Assembly (NCBI GenBank): GCA_000165345.1 | Contig: CM000435.1 | Span: forward strand, 1,120,001-1,184,000 | DNA: 64,000 nucleotides | Direction of reading: 5' to 3' | Shown: positions 31,951 through 42,086 of the stretch, in pieces | Position numbering within the stretch: position 1 is the first letter of the stretch | How the letters are laid out: each line of letters begins with the position of its first letter | Program-made: the position numbers and the translations under genes | The notes under the pieces: model-generated | What the model saw: the letters and a program-made list of their open reading frames with translations, nothing else | Told to the model about the DNA's origin: nothing | The model's database searches: none

Positions 31951-31976
31951 TGCATGCACATTAAAAGGCGGGAAAC
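31951..31976 (+). promoter_or_regulatory. TGCATGCA plus E2F-like AGGCGGGAAA composite element
   Basis: Direct read: tgcatgcacattaaaaggcgggaaactcgc, about 690 nt upstream of the V-ATPase A start codon. Confidence 0.4.
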
Positions 31977-32658
31977 TCGCAATTATTTTAGAATTAGTAG
32001 AGAAATTTTTAAAGAAGAATTAGAGAGAAAGTGATAGGAAAGTAATAAAGAAGTAGCGAATCATAGAAGAGGAAAAGAAAGAAAAAATGTGTAAATTGTA
32101 TATATAATGATTGAATTTGTTTTCATTGTCAATTTACGTGTAAAATAAGGGTATCTTTATAAGAATAAAAAGTGTCCAAATAAAAAATATGTAGAGTTTG
32201 AGAAACAAAAGGACGTTTTAGATAATTGATTTTTGTATAAGTAAATATTCAATCAAATTACAAATCAGGTTGTCGATAATTTTTTTTCAATTAACAATTT
32301 TTTACTTTTATTAATTTCTATAATAAATTTGCTGCCTAAAATATATATATATATTATAGGATTAAGTTTGCCCGGTAGCGGGTATTTTCTAGAAAACCTT
32401 GAAAAACCTCAAATTAGTAATAAAAAAAATATGTCTATCTGTCTATTATATAGAATAAATACGGAAATTAAGAGGAAAAGAAAAAATAATAAAAGAGTTT
32501 AAAAGGAGCAAATAGGAAGAAATTAGTAAATCCTTCTTTTCATTTGCAACTTGAAAATTCATTACCAGACACTTGGAAACTAGGATAAGCCAGAATATCC
32601 AAGTATTTTAAATAATCTAGGAAGACTTGAAAGTTAGGTTTGAAGAAGAGAAATAAAA

Positions 32659-34485
32659 ATGAAGTCGGACGAAAAGAATTATGGTACAATCTATAAGGTT
32701 GCAGGACCTTTGGTTGTTGCTGAAAATATGAGTGGAACTAAGATGTATGAATTAGTACGTGTAGGTTTCCAAAAATTGGTTGGTGAAATTATCCGTCTTG
32801 AGGGAGATACTGCTTCCATTCAGGTTTATGAAGACACTTTTGGACTTACTGTTGGTGATCCTGTTATTAAAACTGGTCAACCACTTTCAGTTGAACTTGG
32901 ACCTGGTATCTTAGATAATATTTTTGATGGTATCCAAAGACCTTTAAGATTTATCTCAGAATCAACAAAAGATATGTTCATTCCAAGAGGAGTTGATGTA
33001 AAATGTTTAGACCATGATAAACTTTGGGAGTTTACTCCAAATGCAAATTTAAGAGTTGGAGATATTATTACTGGTGGTGATATCTTTGGATCAGTTTATG
33101 AAAATTCTCTATTTAAATCACATAGAATTATGTTACCACCAAATGTACAAGGTAGAGTTGTAAGACTCCCAACAGCAGGAAATTACACAATTGATGAAGA
33201 TTTAATTGAAATCGAATATGATGGTGTTGTAAAGAGTTATTCTATGTGCCATTCTTGGCCTGTTAGAGTTCCAAGACCATGCTTGGAGAAGTTACAAGGT
33301 AATACTCCTTTATTAACAGGACAAAGAATTTTGGATGCTTTGTTCCCATCAGTACAAGGAGGAACTTGTGCTATTCCAGGAGCTTTTGGTTGTGGTAAGA
33401 CATGTATTTCTCAAGCTTTGAGTAAATATAGTAACTCTGATGTTATTATTTACATTGGTTGTGGAGAAAGAGGAAATGAAATGGCAGAAGTTCTTACAGA
33501 ATTCCCTGAGCTTTATACTATGGTTGATGGAAAGAAGGAGTCAATTATGCAAAGAACTTGTTTAGTAGCTAATACATCAAATATGCCTGTCGCTGCTAGA
33601 GAAGCTTCCATCTACACTGGTATTACACTTTCTGAATACTTTAGAGATATGGGATGTAATGTTTCTATGATGGCAGATTCAACTTCTCGTTGGGCTGAAG
33701 CTCTTAGAGAAATTTCTGGTAGATTAGCTGAAATGCCTGCAGATTCGGGTTACCCAGCATATTTAGGCGCCAGACTTGCTTCATTCTATGAAAGATCAGG
33801 AAGAGTTAAATGTATGGGTTCCCCAGATAGAGAAGGTACAGTAACAATTGTTGGTGCAGTTTCTCCACCTGGTGGTGACTTTTCTGATCCAGTTACTACA
33901 GCTACAATAGGTATTGTTCAAGTCTTTTGGGGATTAGATAAGAAGCTTGCTCAGAGAAAACATTTCCCTTCAGTTAATTGGAATACATCATTCAGTAAAT
34001 ATTCAAGAGTTTTGGAGCCATACTTTGATTCAGTTGATCCAGAATTTAATGGATTAAGGCAGAAGATTTCTGAGATTTTACAGAAAGAGAATGAGCTTGC
34101 TGATATTTTACAGCTTGTTGGAAAGGATTCACTTTCTGAGGATCAGAAGATTGTTTTGGAGGTTGCTAAGATTATTAGGGAAGATTTCCTTCAACAAAAT
34201 GCTTTTTCAGACTATGATTTTACTTGTCCAATTCAAAAGACTCTTGGTATGATGAAGACAATTGGTAATTTATATGATCTTTCTCTAAAAGCTGTTAAGG
34301 ATTCATCTCAACAACAACAAAAGATTGGCTGGTCGACAATTTATAATTCAATGAGAGCTACTATTAATAAGATCACTTCAATGAAATTCTTGGACCCAAG
34401 ATTAACTGATCAAGAAATCAAGAACCACTTTTCTCAGCTTAATGAGGAGGTTTCAAACCAGTTCAGAGCTATTTCTGATAAGTAA
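32659..34485 (+). CDS. ATP6V1A: V-type proton ATPase catalytic subunit A
   Basis: Full-length 608-aa match to V-ATPase A: N-terminal [17 protein letters not shown], Walker A GAFGCGKT, and [11 protein letters not shown]...[31 protein letters not shown]. No intein or intron is needed. Confidence 0.95.
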   Translation: MKSDEKNYGTIYKVAGPLVVAENMSGTKMYELVRVGFQKLVGEIIRLEGDTASIQVYEDTFGLTVGDPVIKTGQPLSVELGPGILDNIFDGIQRPLRFISESTKDMFIPRGVDVKCLDHDKLWEFTPNANLRVGDIITGGDIFGSVYENSLFKSHRIMLPPNVQGRVVRLPTAGNYTIDEDLIEIEYDGVVKSYSMCHSWPVRVPRPCLEKLQGNTPLLTGQRILDALFPSVQGGTCAIPGAFGCGKTCISQALSKYSNSDVIIYIGCGERGNEMAEVLTEFPELYTMVDGKKESIMQRTCLVANTSNMPVAAREASIYTGITLSEYFRDMGCNVSMMADSTSRWAEALREISGRLAEMPADSGYPAYLGARLASFYERSGRVKCMGSPDREGTVTIVGAVSPPGGDFSDPVTTATIGIVQVFWGLDKKLAQRKHFPSVNWNTSFSKYSRVLEPYFDSVDPEFNGLRQKISEILQKENELADILQLVGKDSLSEDQKIVLEVAKIIREDFLQQNAFSDYDFTCPIQKTLGMMKTIGNLYDLSLKAVKDSSQQQQKIGWSTIYNSMRATINKITSMKFLDPRLTDQEIKNHFSQLNEEVSNQFRAISDK

Positions 34486-34910
34486 AATATTAGAGAACCT
34501 CATTGAACTTCATTATCCTTTTTACATTCATTTCCTTCTCATACTTGTTAATACCACGTGTAATCATTGCTATTTTTCTTTTAATTATTAATTCTCGTCT
34601 CAAATTAGGTGTGTCCTATAAAAGATACGACTGTATGAGAAGAGGACTGACTGAGATAAAAGATTGGATATTGGGGGATTAAGAGATTTCGAGGAATAAC
34701 AGGAGACTACAAGGGAGAATGGAATTTCTCTCCACACCTTGGTCTCTAAATTATCCTGTTTGTTACTTCTTACTTTCAAAACAATAATAATATAACCACT
34801 AGAAATAGATCAAATTTTTTTTTTAAAAAAGAACATAATAATCGTAGATATTTAAGTATTTCCTATCATTTACCAGCTTTTTCTATTGTTGCCGTCTTGT
34901 TAACTCAACA

Positions 34911-35033
34911 GGGTAGGTAGGATGAGGGAGGGGGCGGAGAACGAAGAGATAGAAGAGGACGAGGAGGGAGGGGACGAGGAGAATGAAGAGGGAGAAAGAA
35001 GAAGAGAGAGACATTGAGGGAAGAAGAGAAAAG
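34911..35033 (+). repeat. GA-rich polypurine tract (about 120 nt, over 90% purine on the + strand)
   Basis: Direct read: gggtaggtaggatgagggagggggcggagaacgaagagatagaagaggacgaggagggaggggacgaggagaatgaagagggagaaagaagaagagagag. It lies in the convergent 3' intergenic region between V-ATPase A and coatomer beta'. Confidence 0.85.
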
Positions 35034-35256
35034 ATCACTACCTACTAAAACGAAAGTACATCAATTAAAATAGCAAAAGTAAAAGATACTCGTCTTAACT
35101 ATGCGATATCCAGAAGAGGAAAAGGAAAAAGGAGGAATAAACTTGCTTGTCCCAGTGTATCTCCGACTTTCAGAAGACTCGAATCACTCTCTTTTCTCCT
35201 TCCCTTTTTTTAATATCGACTCGACTAACTTATCCTAACTAAAACAAATTAGACCT

Positions 35257-38200
35257 TCAATCCTTTGGTTTTGGTTGTTTCTTTCCGTTATTCTTTTTAT
35301 ATTTGGAAGGAGGCTTTGGAGATCCCATAGAAGAAGGTTCAGCAGCGTTTGCTCCTGCTTCTTGTCCTTTTTTTCCTGTTCTTCTTCCTCCTCCTCCTCC
35401 TCCTCCTCCTCCTCCTCTACCACTTTGTTTAGGAGATGGTGATCTACTTTCTTTTCGATCACGTCTTTGTGTATTTTCTCCTTCAACTTCATTGTTATGA
35501 TGATGATAATGATGATTACCGTCTTTGTGGTTTTGATGATGATCTCTATGGTGGTAACTTTGATTATGATTATGATGCTGGTTTTGTTGATACTTCTTAT
35601 GACCAGCACCTTTCTGAGCCTCAGGTGATGAAGATTCAATACTTAATTCTGAACTCCTTCTATTAGTATTTTTCGGAGATTGCTCATCTATTTGAATTTG
35701 AGATTTTATATCCAAATTTTCACTATTTCCAGCTCCAATTCCAAATTCAGTCTCATGTGAATCTGATAATCTTGGAGATGAAAAAGCTGACATATCTTCA
35801 TCTAAATGACCAAATGTTGGACTTATTGTTGCTATTTCTCCTTCTCCTCCTTTTATAAGTAATTCATTTTCCATTATTTGTTCTTGTATTCTATTCTCTT
35901 CTTCTAATTGATCACATCTATTTCCAATATCATCATCCAAATCATTCATATTAATATCATCTCCTCCCCAGATTTGATCTTTCACATAATTAAAGCCATT
36001 ATTATGAAAATCCTCAAGTAGATCAGAATTTAATGCTTGAAAAAGTTTATCCCAAGATGCAACAGGACGATTAATCAATTCTTGATTAGATAATAATGAT
36101 TCTAATTTAAGAGATTCTTGATGAAATGGAAATAATTCCAAATTTTCATTAGGACTTGCTAAAAGTTGTTCACTTTTCTTATTAAAATCTCTCCATTTAA
36201 TAACAATTTCCTCCAATTTAGATGGATAATAACATCTAGCAAATAATGCTGCATAAGGTATTAAATCTGATTGAATTAAATCTTCAATACAAGATTCCTT
36301 ATCCTGAAGTAAAGTATGACATATAAATGCTGTATTCCATAAATTCTGTTTACTTGCCATTTTTGCTACATATTTTAATCCTTGAATATCACCTATACAT
36401 GAATAAATTAATAATAAAGAATCCAAATCCTGTACTTCCCTATAACAAGCAATTGCCATAGAAAACCTTCCTTTCTCTAAAGCTATATCACCCAAAACTT
36501 TCCATCTCTTTCTATTCACATTTGAAATATCAACCATTCCTTCTCCTTGTTTTATATCTTCTTGTACATTAGGAGTAATAGATTCCATTGTAATACTAGC
36601 ATTTTCAGCCTGATCTTTAAGTTGTATTTCCTGTAAAATAGAAATACATAACTCAAATTTACCTAAACCTAATGCTAAATCAAACTTTTGATCTTGATCA
36701 TCAGTTATTGATAAAGCTTTCTCTTTATATCCTTGTATCTCCAAAAATCTGGCAATTTTTGTATGTAGATTTGGTGGTATTCTACCCCAATAAACATTCT
36801 CAGCAGTCTCAAAATCTTTATTAATAATACAAGACTGATATTCAATATAATTTAAATCTAATGAATAACTAATACAGTTAAAATCTTTACTCATTAACAT
36901 AATTCTATGAATCTCTTTAACATATCCCAATATATGATACATAGTTTTTTCTGGAAGATATGCAACCAAATCAATAAATCCATTCATCCATATTTGTAAT
37001 CGCATCTGAGATGTAACATATACAAAACATGTAGATATCCATACTCCACTCTCAACTTTATCATTAATTTCTGATATAAAATCAAAAGCTATTTCTATAC
37101 CGTCATTATTGTCCACATGCATATTAATACCGGTATGGTGATCATTAGAAGGATATGATGGTGATGATAATATTTCTTCAACTTGATTTTTATTATATTT
37201 AAGTATATAAAATGTATCAGAAGATGTAATACATACATAATTACCAATATCATCCCAATATACATTATTAATAGGAGATGAAACATCAATTCTTCTAATA
37301 AGACGGCATTCATTCCAATCATAAAAACAGATAAATTCATTGGATTTAACACCTAATAATTGACCACCAAAAATTTCATCAACAAAAAAACTTGGAAGAA
37401 ATGAAAAGCTTTCTTTAAAGTTATTATAAATAACAATTCTACCTCCATTTTCTCGAATTGCAAAGAAATGACCATCAATTGACCATGAAAGTTCAATAGC
37501 TTTTCCAAAACATTTACTTCTTAAAGCTTGTGTAGTATAAATAACAAATTCACCATCACCACAGACTGATAAGAATCTACCATTAGGATGAAATTGAATA
37601 TCTTGTGGATATATTTCACTACATCCAAGTTCTTTATAAGGTAATATAACTCTTTCACCATCACCAAATTCAAATTCCCATTCAGTTCCTGATGAAGATT
37701 TAGTAGCAAGTGCTCTAAGATTAGTTTGACATATTTCAGTACCTTTTGCAATAAGTATCTTACCACTATTTAAAGTAGCAAGAGGTTGCTCAGAACCAAT
37801 TTTAACAACAACAGATCCTTCATCATAACCAATTCCAAGAATATTTTCACTTACTGATAAACACCAACATCTATCTAACATATAATTCAAAGTACATTCT
37901 AATCTGTAAGTAGTTGAATGCCAAATTTTGATAGTACCATCTTCACTACAAGAAAGAATAAGAGGAAGTTGATTATGATAAATAACGGATCTAACAGCTT
38001 TAGTATGTCCAGTAAGTACTTGAATACATTGTTTTGTTTGGTAATCCCAAACTCGAACAGTCTTATCATCACTTCCTGTTGCTATGTAAGGTTTTTCAGC
38101 TGAAGGAGAATAAGCCAAACAATTGATTCCACCTTCATGTCCTGTTAAACTATATTTGGGAGTATTAACAGTATTATTAACTAAAGAGCATATATTAGGC

Positions 38201-38718
38201 TGTAAACCCCAGATTTTTACAGTTCTATCCAAAGAAACAGATGCAAAAACATGAGTATCTTTTGGATTCCATTGTATCATCATTACATAATGGGAATTTC
38301 CTTGAAAAGTTTGAGCTTTAATCCAATCTCTATCCCAATCCCAAACTTTGATAGTCATATCATCAGAACATGTTAATAATAGAGGAAGTTTATTATGGAC
38401 CATAATATGACGAATAAAATCATTATGTGCTTCAAAACTTGTAACCTTATTCATTGTATTATAATTGTAGACTCTCACCTGTAAATCATCACCACATGTA
38501 ATAATCCATTGTTTCCTAGATACAAAAATTGCACATCTTATTGGATATTCAGAGACCTCTAATGATTTTAACAGACTTTGTGTCTCATAATCATGTACAG
38601 TAATTGTACCATTGTATAATCCTGAAAGAATCCATGGTTCAGATGCATGAAAATCAATACTTTTTACTCTCTCACTTGAAGTCTGTAACTTCTTTTTAAT
38701 ATCCAACCTTAATGGCAT
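35257..38718 (-). CDS. COPB2: Coatomer subunit beta' (beta-prime COP, WD40) with a non-conserved His/Asn/Gln/Gly-rich C-terminal tail
   Basis: The N-terminus MPLRLDIKKKL...SIDFHASEPWILSGLYNGTITVHDYETQ...DDMTIKVWDWDRDW...SLDRTVKIWGL is the beta'-COP signature. The full WD40 plus alpha-solenoid architecture is present. The tail has an HHNHNQSYHHRDHH segment and a poly-Gly run encoded by the CCT repeat. Confidence 0.93.
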   Translation of the reverse strand: MPLRLDIKKKLQTSSERVKSIDFHASEPWILSGLYNGTITVHDYETQSLLKSLEVSEYPIRCAIFVSRKQWIITCGDDLQVRVYNYNTMNKVTSFEAHNDFIRHIMVHNKLPLLLTCSDDMTIKVWDWDRDWIKAQTFQGNSHYVMMIQWNPKDTHVFASVSLDRTVKIWGLQPNICSLVNNTVNTPKYSLTGHEGGINCLAYSPSAEKPYIATGSDDKTVRVWDYQTKQCIQVLTGHTKAVRSVIYHNQLPLILSCSEDGTIKIWHSTTYRLECTLNYMLDRCWCLSVSENILGIGYDEGSVVVKIGSEQPLATLNSGKILIAKGTEICQTNLRALATKSSSGTEWEFEFGDGERVILPYKELGCSEIYPQDIQFHPNGRFLSVCGDGEFVIYTTQALRSKCFGKAIELSWSIDGHFFAIRENGGRIVIYNNFKESFSFLPSFFVDEIFGGQLLGVKSNEFICFYDWNECRLIRRIDVSSPINNVYWDDIGNYVCITSSDTFYILKYNKNQVEEILSSPSYPSNDHHTGINMHVDNNDGIEIAFDFISEINDKVESGVWISTCFVYVTSQMRLQIWMNGFIDLVAYLPEKTMYHILGYVKEIHRIMLMSKDFNCISYSLDLNYIEYQSCIINKDFETAENVYWGRIPPNLHTKIARFLEIQGYKEKALSITDDQDQKFDLALGLGKFELCISILQEIQLKDQAENASITMESITPNVQEDIKQGEGMVDISNVNRKRWKVLGDIALEKGRFSMAIACYREVQDLDSLLLIYSCIGDIQGLKYVAKMASKQNLWNTAFICHTLLQDKESCIEDLIQSDLIPYAALFARCYYPSKLEEIVIKWRDFNKKSEQLLASPNENLELFPFHQESLKLESLLSNQELINRPVASWDKLFQALNSDLLEDFHNNGFNYVKDQIWGGDDINMNDLDDDIGNRCDQLEEENRIQEQIMENELLIKGGEGEIATISPTFGHLDEDMSAFSSPRLSDSHETEFGIGAGNSENLDIKSQIQIDEQSPKNTNRRSSELSIESSSPEAQKGAGHKKYQQNQHHNHNQSYHHRDHHQNHKDGNHHYHHHNNEVEGENTQRRDRKESRSPSPKQSGRGGGGGGGGGGRRTGKKGQEAGANAAEPSSMGSPKPPSKYKKNNGKKQPKPKD
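35381..35417. repeat. (CCT)10 / (AGG)10 trinucleotide repeat inside the COPB2 3' coding region, encoding poly-Gly
   Basis: Direct read: cttcttcctcctcctcctcctcctcctcctcctcctc. It produces GGGGGGGGGGG in the COPB2 frame and the spurious overlapping ORFs 35235-35639 and 35303-35500. Confidence 0.9.
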
Positions 38719-39145
38719 ATTCTCTCTATATTATTATCAAAACTAGCTTCAAATAATTACTTGCCACTTTTCCTTTTTAATCAAATATAATAATTTTATT
38801 AAACTTTTAATTCTTATATTTAAATATGACGAATTTTTAATCAGGTGATCTATTACAATATTTTCTTTCTATTTTACTCTATTTTTCTCACCCAACCAAA
38901 ACTAAACATTATACAATTTTGAACCAAAATTTTAATCTTTCTTTTAATTATAATTCCTGATGAACTTGTTCATTAAAAAAAAATCTTAACTTCTGATTTC
39001 TTCATATAACTCACTTATTGACATCCTACGAAATTATTTCTTCTATTCCTCCCCTAAGTGGGGTACATTCTTCTTACCGCATTCCTTATTTCAGCATTGG
39101 CGCCTTTGAATGACTTCTTTAACATAGCTTTGTTTTTATACAATT

Positions 39146-39303
39146 TAATTAATTATTAAATAATTTCTGCTTTTATTATGATTAAAAAACTTCTTCTTAC
39201 CACACACACAACAATACCTGGTGATTAATTCTTTATATCTTTTAATACACAAACATTTCTTACTCTTTTCTCCTGATCTCATTCTTTCTAGCATTTTTTC
39301 CAT
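39146..39303 (-). CDS. Candidate 52-aa Cys-rich basic micro-protein (MEKMLERMRSGEKSKKCLCIKRYKELITRYCCVCGKKKFFNHNKSRNYLIIN)
   Basis: This small ORF is below the 60-aa track cutoff. Its ATG sits about 30 nt downstream, on the minus strand, of the GCGCC-CACGTG-GGCGCC motif cluster. It has a CxC...CCxC arrangement reminiscent of small metal-binding proteins. It may be a chance ORF. Confidence 0.2.
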
Positions 39304-39328
39304 AATCTTAATAAATAAATGTTCGAAA

Positions 39329-39351
39329 GAGCGCCACGTGTCGGCGCCAAT
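39329..39351. promoter_or_regulatory. Composite motif GAGCGCCACGTGTCGGCGCCAA: E-box/G-box CACGTG flanked by GCGCC and GGCGCC boxes
   Basis: Direct read. It lies in the 1.25-kb divergent region between COPB2 (- strand) and the ubiquilin gene (+ strand). A second TTGGCGCC box sits at 39097-39104. Confidence 0.45.
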
Positions 39352-39964
39352 ATTTCTTAAATATATATATTTATATATTATTATATAATAAATAATTGGA
39401 ATAATTATTAAATAAGTTATTTAATAAAATATAATTGGTAGTTATGATAGGATAGAAAAACCCCTCTTTATGAACAGCAATTTTGAATAAATATAGGTAA
39501 GGGTTGGTAGAATATTTGTGATATTCAATCAAGCATTTGGTTGATCCTTAAGAATTTAAGGAGTAGTATATTCAAATAACTTCTCTTTAGTATTGGAAGT
39601 TCTGAAATTGCTCATCATAGCATTGAAAATAATCAAAATCTTTTGATTAATTGGAAATCTTTGGTTTTTACTTTGAAGGAAATATTCAAAATAATAATAG
39701 TAATAATATTAAAATAATTCTTTGTATTAATCACTTTAAAATTTAATTCCGTTACTTTGTTGGAAACAATATATTTGAATAAAAGAATAATTTAAATTGC
39801 ATGTATAAATGATACAATTTAATTCTTGAAGATTTATTAGAATAACAATAATTTATATTTGAATAAATAAATAATATATATTGTAAAAATACAAATATTA
39901 ATTTGGATTTATACAATATATTGACCAATAGTTATTTTTTGATTTGAAAATTTAAGATAAAAAG

Positions 39965-41575
39965 ATGACCAATCCAAATAATGAAGAAATCAATATGAGT
40001 GTGAAATTGTTGAATGGCGATATAATTAAAGTTCCAGGAAAAATTGATGCGAAAAAAACTTCAGTATTGAAACTCAAAGAAATCATAAGTAATATTTGTA
40101 GTATTCCAGTTTTTGAAATAAGACTTGTTTGGAAGGACAAAATACTTTCAAATAATGCTTTATTAAGTAGTTATGGAATTGAAGATAATAGTACTTTAAT
40201 TCTTGCTCGTTCTCCATCACGAAGCTCAAATTCATCTTCACAAAGAACTGGAGTCAGCTCTAACTCAAGCTCTAGCATACAAGCAGATTCTGGAGGACTA
40301 TTTGGTGAATCAGATACGGATGACTTTCTTTCTTCAGCTCTTGCATCACCTTGGATGCAAAGTATACTAAATGACCCGGAAATATTTAGAGTGATGTTAG
40401 AATCGAACCCTCAGCTTAAAGCTCTAAGAGAGCAGAACCCTGAACTTAATCACATTTTTAACGATCCCCAATTCCTACAGATGTCTGTTGATGTTTTGAA
40501 GAACCCAGAACTCATGAAAGAAATGATGAGAAACTCGGATAGGGCAATTAGCAATATAGAAAGTATTCCTGGAGGATTTAGTGCACTTAAAAGAATGTAC
40601 CATACAGTTCAAGAACCGATGTGGGATGCTGCAATGTATAACCCAAACACTATTAAAGCAAACACTTATAATGAATATAATATAGATAAAAGTTCTGGAC
40701 CAAACTCGGAAGCCTTACCAAACCCTTGGAGTATTAATAGGAATTCCAGTAATAATAGTAGTAATAGCAATAATATTGGTTCCTCATCCCCAGCTGATAT
40801 ATTTGGAAGTTTTGGCCAAGACGTTTCAGGGCGAAGACAACCACCACTAAATCTATTTCCTTTCAACTTTGGGGTTGGAAATTCCACCAATAATCGTAAT
40901 GATGGTAACTCCAATAGTGATAATAACGTAAATAGCAACTTATTACTACCAGGATTTGCAGGTCTTGGAAACTTTGGTAATATCCCCAATTTTGGAAATC
41001 TAGCAAATTTGGGGATCTTGAATCCCAATATAAGCCAAAATAATGCTTCAAATTCCAATACAAGTACAGACAATAATACTACTATTAATAGTAATACTAA
41101 CAATTCCCAAACAACTCCACAGCTTCCCAATCTGATGAATTTATATTCTCCATTTGCTAATAGTAATCCAAATACAATTCAAACTGTTATTGATGCAATG
41201 AGAAATATGGACATTAATAGTAGAGATGATGCACTTCAGAACCAATTCAACGAATTTATTGGGAATGGAGGTGCAAATACCAATATTGGAAATATTTCTC
41301 AAGGAATCGGAAATGCAAATCTTGGTAACTTGCTCAATATGATTAATGCAGGAAGTCCTTCTATGCAGAATAATGACTCAGGAAACTTAAGTAATATAAA
41401 TAACCAAAATGGCGCTTCCAATAATGGAAATGATAATGGAGGGCAGAATTATAATTACCAACTTGAAGTCCTTTCCAATATGGGGTTTACTGATACTGAG
41501 GCATGCATTAAAGCCCTTACTGAATCTGATGGAAGTATTAATAGAGCGATAGATAAACTTCTCAATCAGAACTAA
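39965..41575 (+). CDS. Ubiquilin / Dsk2-like shuttle factor (N-terminal ubiquitin-like domain, STI1 repeats, C-terminal UBA)
   Basis: The UBL domain is MSVKLLNGDIIKVPGKIDAKKTSVLKLKEIIS...LVWKDKILSNNALLSSYGIEDNSTLILAR. STI1-like SPWMQSILNDPEIFRVMLESNPQLKALREQNPELNHIFNDPQFLQMS follows. The C-terminal UBA is YNYQLEVLSNMGFTDTEACIKALTESDGSINRAIDKLL. A long Asn/Ser/Gly low-complexity linker separates them. Confidence 0.9.
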   Translation: MTNPNNEEINMSVKLLNGDIIKVPGKIDAKKTSVLKLKEIISNICSIPVFEIRLVWKDKILSNNALLSSYGIEDNSTLILARSPSRSSNSSSQRTGVSSNSSSSIQADSGGLFGESDTDDFLSSALASPWMQSILNDPEIFRVMLESNPQLKALREQNPELNHIFNDPQFLQMSVDVLKNPELMKEMMRNSDRAISNIESIPGGFSALKRMYHTVQEPMWDAAMYNPNTIKANTYNEYNIDKSSGPNSEALPNPWSINRNSSNNSSNSNNIGSSSPADIFGSFGQDVSGRRQPPLNLFPFNFGVGNSTNNRNDGNSNSDNNVNSNLLLPGFAGLGNFGNIPNFGNLANLGILNPNISQNNASNSNTSTDNNTTINSNTNNSQTTPQLPNLMNLYSPFANSNPNTIQTVIDAMRNMDINSRDDALQNQFNEFIGNGGANTNIGNISQGIGNANLGNLLNMINAGSPSMQNNDSGNLSNINNQNGASNNGNDNGGQNYNYQLEVLSNMGFTDTEACIKALTESDGSINRAIDKLLNQN

Positions 41576-41770
41576 TTATTATATATTACTCTTTAATATT
41601 ACCATTTAAATCTTCTTTCTTTTCAATTATAACCCTGATTTTTGTAAGTTATACATTTTTTAACCTTAAATGCTTGCTGAACATTACATTTGTTTTATCT
41701 ACTTCTAATACTTTAATTTCCTTTCCCCCCTCCCATTTGACTTTTTACTCAAGACTTATATTAACGGTTA

Positions 41771-41823
41771 GGCATGCACAGACATGCTAGTGGCGCGCAA
41801 ATTCTGCCGCCAATGCATGCAAT
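41771..41823. promoter_or_regulatory. Motif cluster GGCATGCACAGACATGC...TGGCGCGCA...GCCGCCAATGCATGCAA about 270 nt upstream of the 42087 gene
   Basis: Direct read. It combines GCATGC-type and GGCGCG/GCCGCC boxes. Confidence 0.4.
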
Positions 41824-42086
41824 TTCCATAAATCTATTTTCTTTATGACTTAGATGAATTAATGAAGTAAAAAGGAATTTACTTGCAAATATTTATCCTG
41901 TAAATTTCTTAATTCTTTGTAATTAATGACTTAGAGTATACTAAATTTGAAGAATAGAATCTTTTTTTTGCCAACAATTTGTAACGGGTTAGAATTAATA
42001 ATAGCCACAAGGATAATTATTATTTCAAAAAAGCTTATTTCCAATAATTATTTATTCAATGAGCCCAAGAGAAGCCTAAATTTGAT

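Noticed and set aside
35235-35639. 134-aa minus-strand ORF and 65-aa plus-strand ORF (35303-35500) rich in E or P
   Set aside because: They are alternative-frame readings of the (CCT)10 repeat and low-complexity tail inside the real COPB2 CDS.
40666-41130. 154-aa minus-strand ORF opposite the ubiquilin gene
   Set aside because: It is antisense to the Asn/Ser-rich low-complexity linker of a well-supported CDS and has a Leu-rich nonsense composition.
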